64,000 nt of DNA from Bugula neritina (lineage: Eukaryota > Animalia > Bryozoa), in the NCBI GenBank assembly GCA_964035545.1, contig OZ037772.1, positions 372,001 through 436,000 of the forward strand. Reading direction: 5' to 3'. Both the position numbers and the translations under genes were made by a program. This document shows positions 1 through 11,526 of the stretch, piece by piece. The notes under the pieces are model-generated. The model was not told where the DNA came from. It saw only the letters and a list, made by a program, of their open reading frames with translations, and ran no database searches. How positions within the stretch are numbered: the stretch's first letter is position 1; every line of letters starts with the position of its first letter.

Positions 1-37
1 TTTCCTTGATAAGATGGTATAGGCATAGCTTTAACTC

Positions 38-611
38 AGTGGTGTCCCACCTTCTTCATACCATTCCCCTTTTTATAAATGTTTTCTATTAAGTTTCCCC
101 CCTTTTGAGAAACACTGTAACTTATATTCATAAAGAAAATCAGGGTACAGATTTTTTCCAGAAAAGGCCAGTGTGTTTGACATGGACCAGTGTCTGCCAC
201 AGCTTCAGTTTAGCTTTGAAAGCATTGATGCTGGTATCAAAAGCAGTGAGTTGATGATTATACTCATTCATTTTAGGTTCAGAGTTTATAGTACAGCAAA
301 TATATCTACTAGGTATTCAGGAAATATTTTATGGAGATCAGTTTGACTGGCTGCAACAAATTCCTGTTAGTTTTTGCTTTCAAGAAACTTTTTAACCTCC
401 ATTCGTAGTAGGAAGGGTAGCAGCTAGAGTAGAAAAGGAAAAGGCACTTTGTGTTTGACATGGACCAGTGTCTGCCACAACTTGAGTTTAGTTATAGTTA
501 TACATATACATGTAACCTGGAAAACAAGGCAAGAGCTCAAAGAAATGAAACCCCTGAAAAGCCCAAATTCCCTGCAAGGGGAATTCCCCCCCCCAAGGTT
601 GGGAGCCACTG
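38..611. mobile_element. hAT-like non-autonomous element in a TRIM intron (related ends at ~26955, ~31215, ~34013)
   Basis: Ends CAGTGGTGTCCCAC and GTTGGGAGCCACTG resemble CAGTGGTTCCCAA-type hAT TIRs; the internal sequence recurs at ~31080-31215. Confidence 0.45.
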
Positions 612-779
612 CTGTGATTAATGAGCTAACCTGTGAAATATTTCTAGTCCAACCAACTGTCTAGTTATCACATAGTATGTGTATAGTGATACATCATCAA
701 CCTGTAGTTAGAAGTATAGTAGGTGCAGAATAAGTACAATATCATATCTTTTATGGATCGTGTGATTTTATGTATACAG

Positions 780-3700
780 AGGAGACAGTAGCATCCCATG
801 ACTTGGCATCTTTGAGTGATTTGTCTTGTGAGTTACGAGAAAGTCTGACTGGTGGAATAGAGACTCTGTCTGAGAAAGTTGCAGAGTTGAATGACATCTC
901 AAAGGATGCCTGGAAAGAACTGAGTAAAATAGAAGATGAAGTGAAGAAGATGGTTGCCAGAGTAAACTCTGTAGCTGACGCTCAGGTATGCTGACATGAT
1001 GATGTCATCTAATGTATTTCTGTTTGTCTGAAATTAGGTTTTGCATGTGGTCTTTGAGTTGTAAATAGAAATGAATTCCATTTGCCACTAGAATTAACTG
1101 GCCATTAAAGCTTTATCATTCTGTGTACAAGTAGCAGTAGTCATTCATCACATGTTACTCAGTGCAGAGGAACCTGTCAATACAGATGACTCACTCATCC
1201 TTCTGCAACTGTCAATCACTCACACACAGAGAGGTTGGCTGTGTGAGTGATTGACAGGTGTCAGGAGGAGGAGACTAGTCACGTGATGTACTAGCTCTCT
1301 GCTGTGTATAGAGTGTCACGTGACTGAGTCATTGTCCACTCAGTGGGTGATCTGTTATTTTCATTTCAAGTGTAGAGGTTGTGAGGTGCAGATGTGGTTA
1401 CGCTGTGTTACTATTTATTAGATAGAAAAGATTAGAAAGAGAGCTACAAACCTGAGGCTAGAAATATATGGATATTTGAAGAGCTGCACACAGAAAGTGG
1501 ATAATTATAGAATAGAGCTGGCCTTGAGTAAGACAATGGGCAGACAGTCTCTGCTGGACACAGTGCAACATGCAGTTGATAAGTTCAATGATGCAGGGAT
1601 TGTGAGAGACTACAAAGAGATGAGTGAGAAGATGGAAAAGGCTACAGATATTGGTGTAATAGAGAAGTGTGTACTTCCAGACAGCATCTTGGTGCCAACA
1701 TGTAGGTGGAGTCTATAAATAGTAACACTAACTATAAATAACTTTCTGCTTGTAATTAGTTGAGTTGTTTTCACTGAATATTTTAATAGTAGAATAAGTA
1801 GATAGAGTTTATTTATTAGAGAATTGAGTTTTATTCTACTCTCACATTATGAGACATTTCTGCAGTGTTTCAGAGTTTATGATGTATAAGTGAGCTGCTA
1901 AACTGTGTTATGCTGACTACCTGCTGTCAGTATTAACAAGATATTCTCACTTAGACCTGTGCATCACGTAGCAACTTGTAGTAACTACAGACTGCTTGTA
2001 TTTAAAACATCTTTTTATTTTAAGTTTGAAAAGCTGTTCCCACCTCCTCAGGTGATGAGATTCCCAAGTTATAGAATTGTTATTTTGTTGTTGCAGACAG
2101 TGAAGACAGTCTGGGACTGAAGCTGCTGCAGCCACCATCTTCTCTACAGTCTGATGGACTTCCTGTACGTGACTTGTGTGGCTCAGTAAACATCTCAGCT
2201 GATGGACATCTTATGTGTGTGACACCAGGAGGTGTAGAAGTAATAAATAGAGACACTCTGGATACTATCAGCTCAGTGAAACACACCAACACTACAGGGT
2301 GGTGGGAGATAATCCAACCTGAAGGGGTGATGGTTGGCAGCTGGTATAACAGAGAGGAGAAAACAGCTGAAGTCTCACTTCTTGATCCGAACTCCTTTGA
2401 GAAGACTCGCTCTCTCTACAAGCAGCCATTAAATGTACCCTTCCCCACTTACTATAGAATAACTCAGCACGACTCACTGCTCTATATTGTAGACAATAGA
2501 GAGAAACAGCTGGTAGTCTGTAATCTAGTTGACAATAAAATGCAGAAGTTCCCACTTCCTGAGATGGAGTTCCCTGACCCTGTATGCATCCTCCCAGACT
2601 CAACTCTCCTCATAGGAGACTGGACTGAAGATGGTGCAGTGAGAAGATACAAAGTGGAGAACACAACTCTCTCTCTAATGTGGGAGTTTCCTCACATCTC
2701 ACATCCAACTGGTATTTCCTTTGATCCAACATCTGAACTGATTCACATCTGTACAGCATATGGACCTCTCCTCATCCTCTCACTTGAAGGTAAATACTGT
2801 GTTTATTATAGTAAGTTTAGTTATTTTATATATAATTATGTTGTAGTAAATAATATATTTTAATAATTAACAGTAAACAACTCCCACTCATAAGATATAT
2901 TATGACATTGTTAGTATTTATCAAGTCGCTGAGGTTATTTTTAGCTAAAAGTTATGTAATAAAGACTGTAACATGCTGATAGTAGATGTTATATTCTTCA
3001 TCACATGACTTGTAGCTAATAATAATATTAGTGAATAATACTGCCTCCCTGCAATAAGTTTATTTCCAGCTGCAGTAACATGCAGGATGTAAGCACAGGT
3101 AAAAGTGTATATTATATTGTATAGGTTTAAGGTGTACTCTGTGTAGTGTGCAGTGAGCTCTTAGTAAACTCTCTATTCAGTCTTCCTTTCCAAGGGTTCA
3201 CCTGGTAGTGTAGAGGATAGGGACTCCACACTGCTGAGTGAGTTGGTGCTGCAAGGGGTTTAAACCCACCTATCAGCATGTCTAATTAGTATACTATGCA
3301 AGTGTTTTACAGTAATTTTAGAGGTGCTCAGTCTAACAACTGTACAGACTGCCAGCTACACATGAGTTATGAGTTGTAGTTTGACTTCAGTCTAGTGCTG
3401 CTGTTGTTTTGGTCATCAGATAATTTAATTATAAATAATTTGATACTTTTTGACTGCCATTGCTGAGACTAGTGTAATTTGATGATGGCTGGTAGAGCAG
3501 TGTTTGCTGGTGGGACTCAGGTGGCCGTGGTTGGTTCTTGTTAAGTATTTTATATGTGATAATGTTGGAGTAGCTGCAGTAGTATTAGAAGTAGACATGT
3601 GGGTGTGTCCTTGCTCAGAGCCACAGGCTAAGTTTGTGGGTCAAGGTCAATACAGTTGTATAATAAGATATTATTTTCTGCTGTTTGAGTATTTACTTCA

Positions 3701-3927
3701 TGCATATAACCTGCTGAGTTCCATCTTTAAAGGCAGTCTGTCTGTTTCTCTCAATACACACCAACTGATACAATATGATGCTATTATTTACAGGTCAACT
3801 GGTGCTTACTGTTCCCAGAGAAAGTCTTGGTGTGAGTGCCGAGGTGTGGGACATTGCTGTGTATAACAGAGACACAGTGTTTCTAGCATGTCAAGATGGT
3901 CTGAAGAGATACACAATAAAATACTAA
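780..3927 (+). CDS. TRIM-NHL-like protein, copy 1, 3' exons (780-985, 1422-1701, 2097-2789, 3794-3927); RING/B-box exons lie upstream of the window
   Basis: GT-AG exons join in frame. Two coiled-coil exons are followed by a propeller with NHL-like blade motifs (PDPVCILPDSTLLIGD, PTGISFDPTSELIHIC), ending ...YTIKY-TAA. Paralog of 30225-37367. Confidence 0.85.
3200..3280 (+). mobile_element. Possible tRNA-derived SINE head (copy ~36638-36718)
   Basis: A-box-like TAGTGTAGAGG and B-box-like GGTTCAAACCC (in copy 2); no complete cloverleaf. Confidence 0.3.
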
Positions 3928-4647
3928 ACTTATCAGCTACAGTTTACTAATATTCAGCTCAGTGAGGTGCTGAGAGATAAAATGGATAATATTTGTCATC
4001 AACATAATTATATTCATTACAATTCATCAATACACACACTCTGTAATTATAGTTGGATATGAGATGTTTTACTTTATCAAATATATGTTGCTATTTTACC
4101 ATCTAATAAAGTTTATTTGTTAGCGAAAACATAGTCTGTTTTCATGCCTCATTAGCTTTAGTTCAAGTTGAGTTTGGTTAGTAAAAATAATCTATACTGG
4201 AGCAGTAACTGTAAATGACTTGTTTGTGGGAGAATTTGTTCACTGAATTGACATGCAGGTGCAAGTACCTCCAACATGACTAAGTAAATTTATTCCAACC
4301 ATTCATAATAATATACATTCCATTGCTGTGTACAACAGCATTGAGTAGCCAATCAAATTGTTTCTTGTCATGCAATCAGGAATCTGATAAATAATATATA
4401 AGGCAATCAACTAGATATAAACACTGTATTACTCTACACATGAGCTGTCTATGTTACAGCTGTTTTGTAAACTGTGTGTAATTTGATGAGTTTAGTTCAA
4501 TTGGTTGCAGTTTAATTATGACATGTTCCCCATTCACCTGGTAGAAATACCTTGTGTGCACAGACAAGTTGTAATGACTAACAGAAACTTTTTCAGTAGG
4601 TTCCAGTTCATCTTGAATATAGTACAGCTTGTTGTCATTTGGTCTCC

Positions 4648-5213
4648 ATAGTATTGATGGTACACTACCTTGTTTGGCCTCAATAGTATTGATAGTATAC
4701 TACCTTGTTTGGCCTCAATAGTATTGATGGTAGACTACCTTGTTTAGCCTCACTAGTATTGATGGTACACTACCTTGTCTGGCCTTAATATTATAGATGG
4801 TATATTACCTTGTTTGGCTTCAATAGTATTGATGGTAGACTACCTTGTTTAGCCTCACTAGTATTGATGGTACACTACCTTGTCTGGCCTTAATATTATA
4901 GATGGTACATTACCTTGTTTGGCCTCAATAGTATTGATGGTATACTACCTTGTTTGGCCTCAATAGTATTGGTGGTAGACTACCTTGTTTGGCCTCAATA
5001 GTATTGATGGTATACTACCTTGTTTGGCCTCAATAGTATTGATGGTATACTACTTTGTTTGGCCTCAATAGTGTTGATGGTAGACTACCTTGTTTAGCCT
5101 CAATAGTATAGATGGTACACTACCTTGTTTGGCCTCAATAGTATTGATGGTATACTACTTTGTTTGGCCCTAATAGTATAGATGGTACACTACCTTGTTT
5201 GGCCTCAATAGTC
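4648..5213. repeat. 35-bp minisatellite, ~16 units (~25 units at 38097-38974)
   Basis: Unit TAGTATTGATGGTACACTACCTTGTTTGGCCTCAA, head to tail. Confidence 0.95.
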
Positions 5214-5763
5214 TTGCTAACAGCACAACTTACAAGATTCAACTAATTTAACTTGTTGAGATTTACATGAATATAATACATATGAAATGTGAAAATAGCA
5301 TTAAAAGTCAAGCAAGGAATTCACATGTTGACACAATTATATACTTTCACTTGAAGGTAAGCTTGATGAACCAATATGAACTGCTCACAGAGTTTACTGT
5401 GTAGGATTAGTACCTAGAATATTTAGTTACATCAGAGCTAAGTGAAAAATCTAACAGTTGATTTATTCTGTTGAAAGTTAATGTGTTGAGTATTGATCTT
5501 ATTACCCAACTTCACCCTTTTTACTGTAGAGTTTGTTGATGTAAGTTCACCTAATTAAACTATCCTCATGCAAGGGGTGGGGGTGGAATATAATTGTGAA
5601 TTTATGCTTTACTTGTTATTATAGGGTCTATTTAGGCAAAGCTATTTCACCAGGTTTGTGATTGCTAACACTTTATTCTATTTATTTCAAGATACTAATA
5701 AAACTGTACAACTATCAAAAACACGTTCCATAATAAGAGAGAGAATATACAAGACTTTACAAT

Positions 5764-5920
5764 CACTGCGTTTCCATGACTGCGCATAATGCGAATGAAT
5801 GCTTCGTACGGATTATTTGTGGTTTGCATTAACTTATAGTTGCGGTTTCATTCGATGTAACTGTTTCCATTAGCCGAATGAAAAAATCCATTCGCATAAT
5901 GCGATAATGGAAACGCAGTG
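5764..5920. mobile_element. 157-bp MITE, unit-1 specific
   Basis: 14-bp TIRs CACTGCGTTTCCAT/ATGGAAACGCAGTG; empty site at ~39526 in unit 2. Confidence 0.85.
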
Positions 5921-7114
5921 TATAACAATTCCAATAACTCTCTGCCTGCTAGTCAAATAGACTAGGGCCCACTACAAGTATTCAGCTCCGCCTACTACTA
6001 ATTACTAACAGTCACTGATTGGCCATCACGATGGCACCATCACACTAGTTGATCTGCATGCTGCAAAATGCATCATGTCCTCTAGTTAAAGTGTGTGAGT
6101 GGAGTTGTCATTTCGATATAATAACATAATGTACAAAATCTCTGCAATACGCCATCTGGGATATCTGTATGAGAAACTTAACCAATCAACTAGCAGCATC
6201 TTCACTATTCAATGAAATTATCAAACTATATTATTCAACTGTAACATTATCCTAGTGAAACCTCTTATCTGTTCCTCCTATTCACTAATCATCAAATTAT
6301 TCTCCTCTACCAAATCAATACATTGTGCAGACTCCATATTCAATCTCCTCTACATACAGTTTATATTCTAGCTATCAGAGTCATGATTCTACATCACATG
6401 AATGTTCTTTACTTTAACAAGAGAATAGCCAACTATAAAAACCTGCTATAGCACACAATATAGCAACCTGTTATAACATGACATACAGTACATCAATATT
6501 CATTCACTACACAAAATATCTCAATACACATAACAACTGGAGCTGCTGAAGTTCAATGGCTTATACAAGTTGAATTGAACAAAACACTACGTTGTTCTTC
6601 AGCATATCAACTAGTATGAGTAGTGTGGAGAGATCTTTTATATATATAAAAACTTGTGTTTGAAGGAAATATTAAATTATATTATTCCTCTTAGCATCAC
6701 ATGTAGCATGGATATCAACTTATAGTTAGTGAGTTACTAGAAGTTTCTTTGTAACGGAAACCAGTCCGATTTCCCCTGCAGTTCCATCTCAACGAGTCTG
6801 GCCTGAGCTGAGGTCACCGCATGATGACATCATTCACTAGGTTCTTCTTGGTGTCTGGAAATTTTCCACCAGTTACTCCAGTGACTGAAAATGAAGTACT
6901 AATACCAGTGACTCGGTCTCAAACTTACTTACTGAGTCATTGTGATTATTAGTTGATGACTTAATGTTTTAGTGAAGTTATAGTTATAGTTAACTTATAG
7001 TCCTACTGACACTAATAGCTAATGTGCCATTCAGTCTCATCTTCATTCTCAGTAATTGTAATACTGATATTAAGACTAACGCCTAATGCTAAGTTCAACT
7101 ACTAATTATTACAC

Positions 7115-7204
7115 TACTAGTACTACTACTACTACTAGAAGTAGTGGTGGTGGTGATGGCGGTAGCGGTAGCAGTAGTAATGGGAGTACTAGTAGTATTA
7201 GTAT

Positions 7205-7245
<41 letters not shown>

Positions 7246-7272
7246 GTAGTAGTAGTAGTACTAGTAGTAGTA

Positions 7273-7343
<71 letters not shown>

Positions 7344-7344
7344 C

Positions 7345-7406
<62 letters not shown>

Positions 7407-7418
7407 CTAGTAGTAGTA

Positions 7419-7459
<41 letters not shown>

Positions 7460-7528
7460 CTAGTAGTAGTAGTAGTAGTAGTACTAGTAGTAGTAGTAGT
7501 ACTAGTAGTAGTAGTAGTAGTAGTAGTA
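7115..7528. repeat. (TAG)n microsatellite, much shorter in unit 2 (~40720-40816)
   Basis: Visible directly; marks the ValRS truncation point. Confidence 0.95.
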
Positions 7529-8146
7529 TGACAGCGCTTCTTCATAGGATCTGCCAGTCACCCAGTAGTTGTTGTCACTAAACTATGTAAAATATATAGA
7601 AGTTAAAAGGTCACTAAACTATGTGAAATATATAGAGGTCAAGAGGTCACTAGACTATGTGAAATATATAGAGGTAAAGAGGTCACCAGACTATCACCAA
7701 CTTTCCATGTACCGATCTCAGATCGATCTCAGCGAGATCGATCCATGGAAAGACGCCAAAGATCGATCTCCGCCGATCTGAGCTCGTCGGTCGGTGGAGC
7801 TCGAACTCAGATCGATCTCATGTCAATAAGACCATGGAAAGACACCAGATCGATCTGAGAAGTAGAAAAAGACTGCGTGCTACAATGTTGTCTGCTAATA
7901 AAAATGATAACTTATTGATAATTACTAAGCAAAGTATTAAATAATCATGATAGCCGCCTTTTCAGATGCCAAAACTTTGACTTTCAGTACAATGATTAAG
8001 AAAACTCAATTATATGCAGAAGAAGGTAAAAAAAAATGGGAGAATTTAAATTGAGTTCAAATGACTATATTAAAACTCAGTTTCATTAGCTATTTCCTTT
8101 GTAATTTTAAGCCTAACAGTCCTGTAAGTTTATTAATAATCTGCAA

Positions 8147-8322
8147 GGGCCACACCCACTCCCGAAAGGGCCACACCCACTCCAGAAAGGGCCACACCCA
8201 CTCCAGAAAGGGCCACACCCACTCCAGAAAGGGCCACACTTACTCCAGAAAGGGTCACACCCACTCCAGAAAGGGCCACACCCACTTCAGAAAAGGCCAC
8301 ACCCACTTCAGAAATGGCCACA
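8147..8322. repeat. 21-bp minisatellite, ~8 units (~25 units at 41399-41928)
   Basis: Unit GGGCCACACCCACTCCAGAAA, in a ValRS intron. Confidence 0.95.
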
Positions 8323-9152
8323 TTAAAGGGAATTCATAGTTTATCAACATAAACATAGTCTGTGGTAAATATTAGGTCTGTGCTAAACCCACTTGCTTTC
8401 TGTAAATAACACAAGACAAAATGAAGAATGGCTCATACCTCAGCCTTAGGTTGCCCCTGGATCTGCACAAAGTAGGCTGGTATTCTGTGCCCCCACCATA
8501 GCTGTCTGGAGATACACCAGTCCCTGGAGTTCCTCAGCCATTTGTACCAAGTGACTGTGTGATAGTCTGGTATGATCTTTAGCTTGCCTGATTCTACTAC
8601 CTGCAGTATACGTACTATGCTATAGATGTACTATGCTATAGATATACTATGCTATAGATATACTATGCTATAGATATACTATACTATAGATATACTATAC
8701 TATAGATATACTATGCTATAGATATACTATGCTATAGATATACTATACAGTACTAATATATATACTACACAGTACCAATATATTATACTATACAGTACTA
8801 ATATATTATATACTATACAGTACTAGTATATATACTATACAGTACTAATATATATATTATACAGTACTAATATATTATATACTATACATAATATATAATA
8901 CAAGTACCTCTACAGCCTTGGCTGCCATATCGTCAAATGCCACATATCACTGTGGTTTGGGTATCGGCTCAATGATATCTTTAGATCGACTATAACACAA
9001 GAGAACACGTTGTAGAGGTCATTGTTAAAAGACAGACTCACATAGTAACAGTTCAACTCAACAGCATTGTAAAATATAGTGGATATGTTAATGGAGCTAT
9101 TCTTTAGGAGAACAAGAGAGGACAACTTCTATTACATTGAGATCTGTAACTA

Positions 9153-9332
9153 TGAGTCATTTTACTTGATTTAGCACACAGAGCCATATACCTCTAGCTT
9201 TTAGCTGTTGTTCACAGTTGAGCTGCTAATTCAACATTTTAATGTAAGAAACTATACACAATAGCAGCTAAACTGTGAAAAATAGCTAAGAACCAGAGAT
9301 ATGGTGTGTACTAAACTAAGTAAAATGACTCA
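9153..9332. mobile_element. Palindromic MITE in a ValRS intron (copy ~42770-42951)
   Basis: GAGTCATTTTACTT...AAGTAAAATGACTC termini with inner arms ACAGTTGAGCTGCTA/TAGCAGCTAAACTGT. Confidence 0.6.
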
Positions 9333-10583
9333 CAAGTAAACATGACTAGAAACAGTTCAGGATCTAACTGGACGTGTATGAAGAAAATGTAATGGAACCT
9401 GTAGAAATCTAACAAGTTGGGATAAGATTGTAGAGAGAAGACGACTCACCTACATACAGGAACTGCCATAGGGTTGTCTTCCTTTCCTTTGTATAGCCCC
9501 AAGTCTTCCAACCTTTTATGAACACCTGCACATAAAACTTACACAGAGTATAAATTGCTAATAGGCTCACACCTGTCACCTGCTTACAAATGTCACCTGC
9601 TCACACCTGTCACCTGTACACACCTGTCACCTGTACACAAATGGTATTAAACCACTAAAACCTATGTAGATCAATATTTTCTTGCTATTAAGTTGACTAA
9701 TTGTGAAACAGCCAAAATAGGAAAATAAGACCTTGTAGTGCAGTGAGCAAGGCAAGTTCAAGCCATACAACTTTAACATGTTGCATTACAGAAGAAAGAC
9801 CTGCTTCATTTTGGTAAATAACTATAAGTAATATTGGGAGTTACGCCACCTATGAGTAACAACATGGAGTTGTGTTTCTTTTCATAAACGCAAAAAGGTA
9901 AAAGTTACTTGTTCCTTCGAGGTAGCATATATAATGCAAGGAAAAACCATCTCAACTTAGAAATATGTCACACATTTAGGAGTTATGCCACCTCCTTGTC
10001 AGCAACACGGAATACTAGTTTCACACACCTTTTCATTTCCACAAACTCGCCGAAGTCTCCACATATTAACCCGTCATCGTCAATGATTGTGAGGAAGGGG
10101 AGTTTGTGTCAGAGGCCAACGTCGTAATTCTTGGGATCATGTGAGGGGGTTATCTTCACCGCCCCTATCGACAATTAGATGGGAAGTGAGAAGCTCTGAG
10201 GCTATGAATATTACAAACAGTACTCGTTGCTATACGAATAGACTCCAATATAGTTCTCCCTCCGTATCTCAGTAAGGGACCTGAAACCTCAATTCATGAC
10301 ACAGTAGAATTCTTACCATAGCAGAATACCATATTTAACACACGGATCTGTTAATTTAAACTATTTTGTCCCAATACACATAACATAAGTCACAAAACAA
10401 AGGACCAAGCCATTCTCATGACCTGGGGTATTTCATGAGAACTAGAAACATAAGATATAGTGGAAGCACTGCCCCAAACAAAACAAATCAAATGAAATGA
10501 TAGTTTAGTGATGGAAATAATTAGTTAATAGTCTTTGAAAATAGTTGGGCCGGTCAACTTCTGAAATTACCATGTAAGAAACA

Positions 10584-11526
10584 CAACAGGCTATGAATAT
10601 ACAGGACAACAGGCTATGAATATACAGGACAACAGGCTATGACTATACAGGACAACAGGCTATGAATATACAGGACATCAGGCTATGAATATACATGACA
10701 ACAGGCTATGACTATACAGGACAACAGGCTATGAATATACAGGACAACAGGCTATGAATATACAGGACAACAGGCAATGAATATACAGGACAACAGGCTA
10801 TGAATATACAAGACAACAGGCTAAGAATATACAGGACAACAGGCTATGAATATACAGGACAACAGGCTATGAATATACTGGACAACAGGCTATGAATATA
10901 CAGGACAACAGGCTATGAATATACAGGACAACAGGCTATGACTATACAGGACAACAGGCTATGAATATACAGGACAACAGGCTATGAATATACAGGACAA
11001 CAGGCTATGAATATACAGGACAATAGGCTATGAATATACAGGACAATAGGCTATGAATATACAGGACAACAGGCTATGAATATACAGGACAACAGGCTAT
11101 GAATATACAGGATAACAGGCTATGATTATACAGGACAACAGGCTATGAATATACAGGACAACAGGCTATGAATATACAGGACAACAGGCTATGAATATAC
11201 AGGACAATAGGCTATGAATATATAGGACAACAGGCTATGAATATACAGGACAACAGGCTATGAATATACAGGACAATAGGCTATGAATATACAGGACAAC
11301 AGGCTAGGAATATACAGGACAACAGGCTATGAATATACAGGACAACAGGCTATGAATATACAGGACAACAGGCTATGAATAAACAGGACAACAGGCTATG
11401 AATATACAGGACAACAGGCTATGAATATAGAGGACAACAGGCTATGAATATACAGGACAACAGGCTATGAATATACAGGACAACAGGCTATGAATATACA
11501 GGACAACAGGCTATGAATATACAGGA
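10584..11526. repeat. 23-bp minisatellite, ~41 units (~12 units at 43877-44158)
   Basis: Unit CAACAGGCTATGAATATACAGGA. Confidence 0.95.

Noticed and set aside
3504-3866. 120-aa ORF-track protein (also 36968-37303)
   Set aside because: Mostly TRIM intron, and it overlaps the true last exon in a different frame.
4648-5213. 35-bp repeats superficially like a CRISPR array
   Set aside because: Units are contiguous with no unique spacers, there are no cas genes, and the context is eukaryotic.
7086-7545. Poly-Ser/Val/Leu/Thr ORFs
   Set aside because: Translations of the (TAG)n microsatellite.
7699-7860. GATCGATC-rich cluster (also ~40950-41112)
   Set aside because: Looks like subterminal repeats of a DNA-transposon end; no partner TIR or TSD found, so left unclassified.
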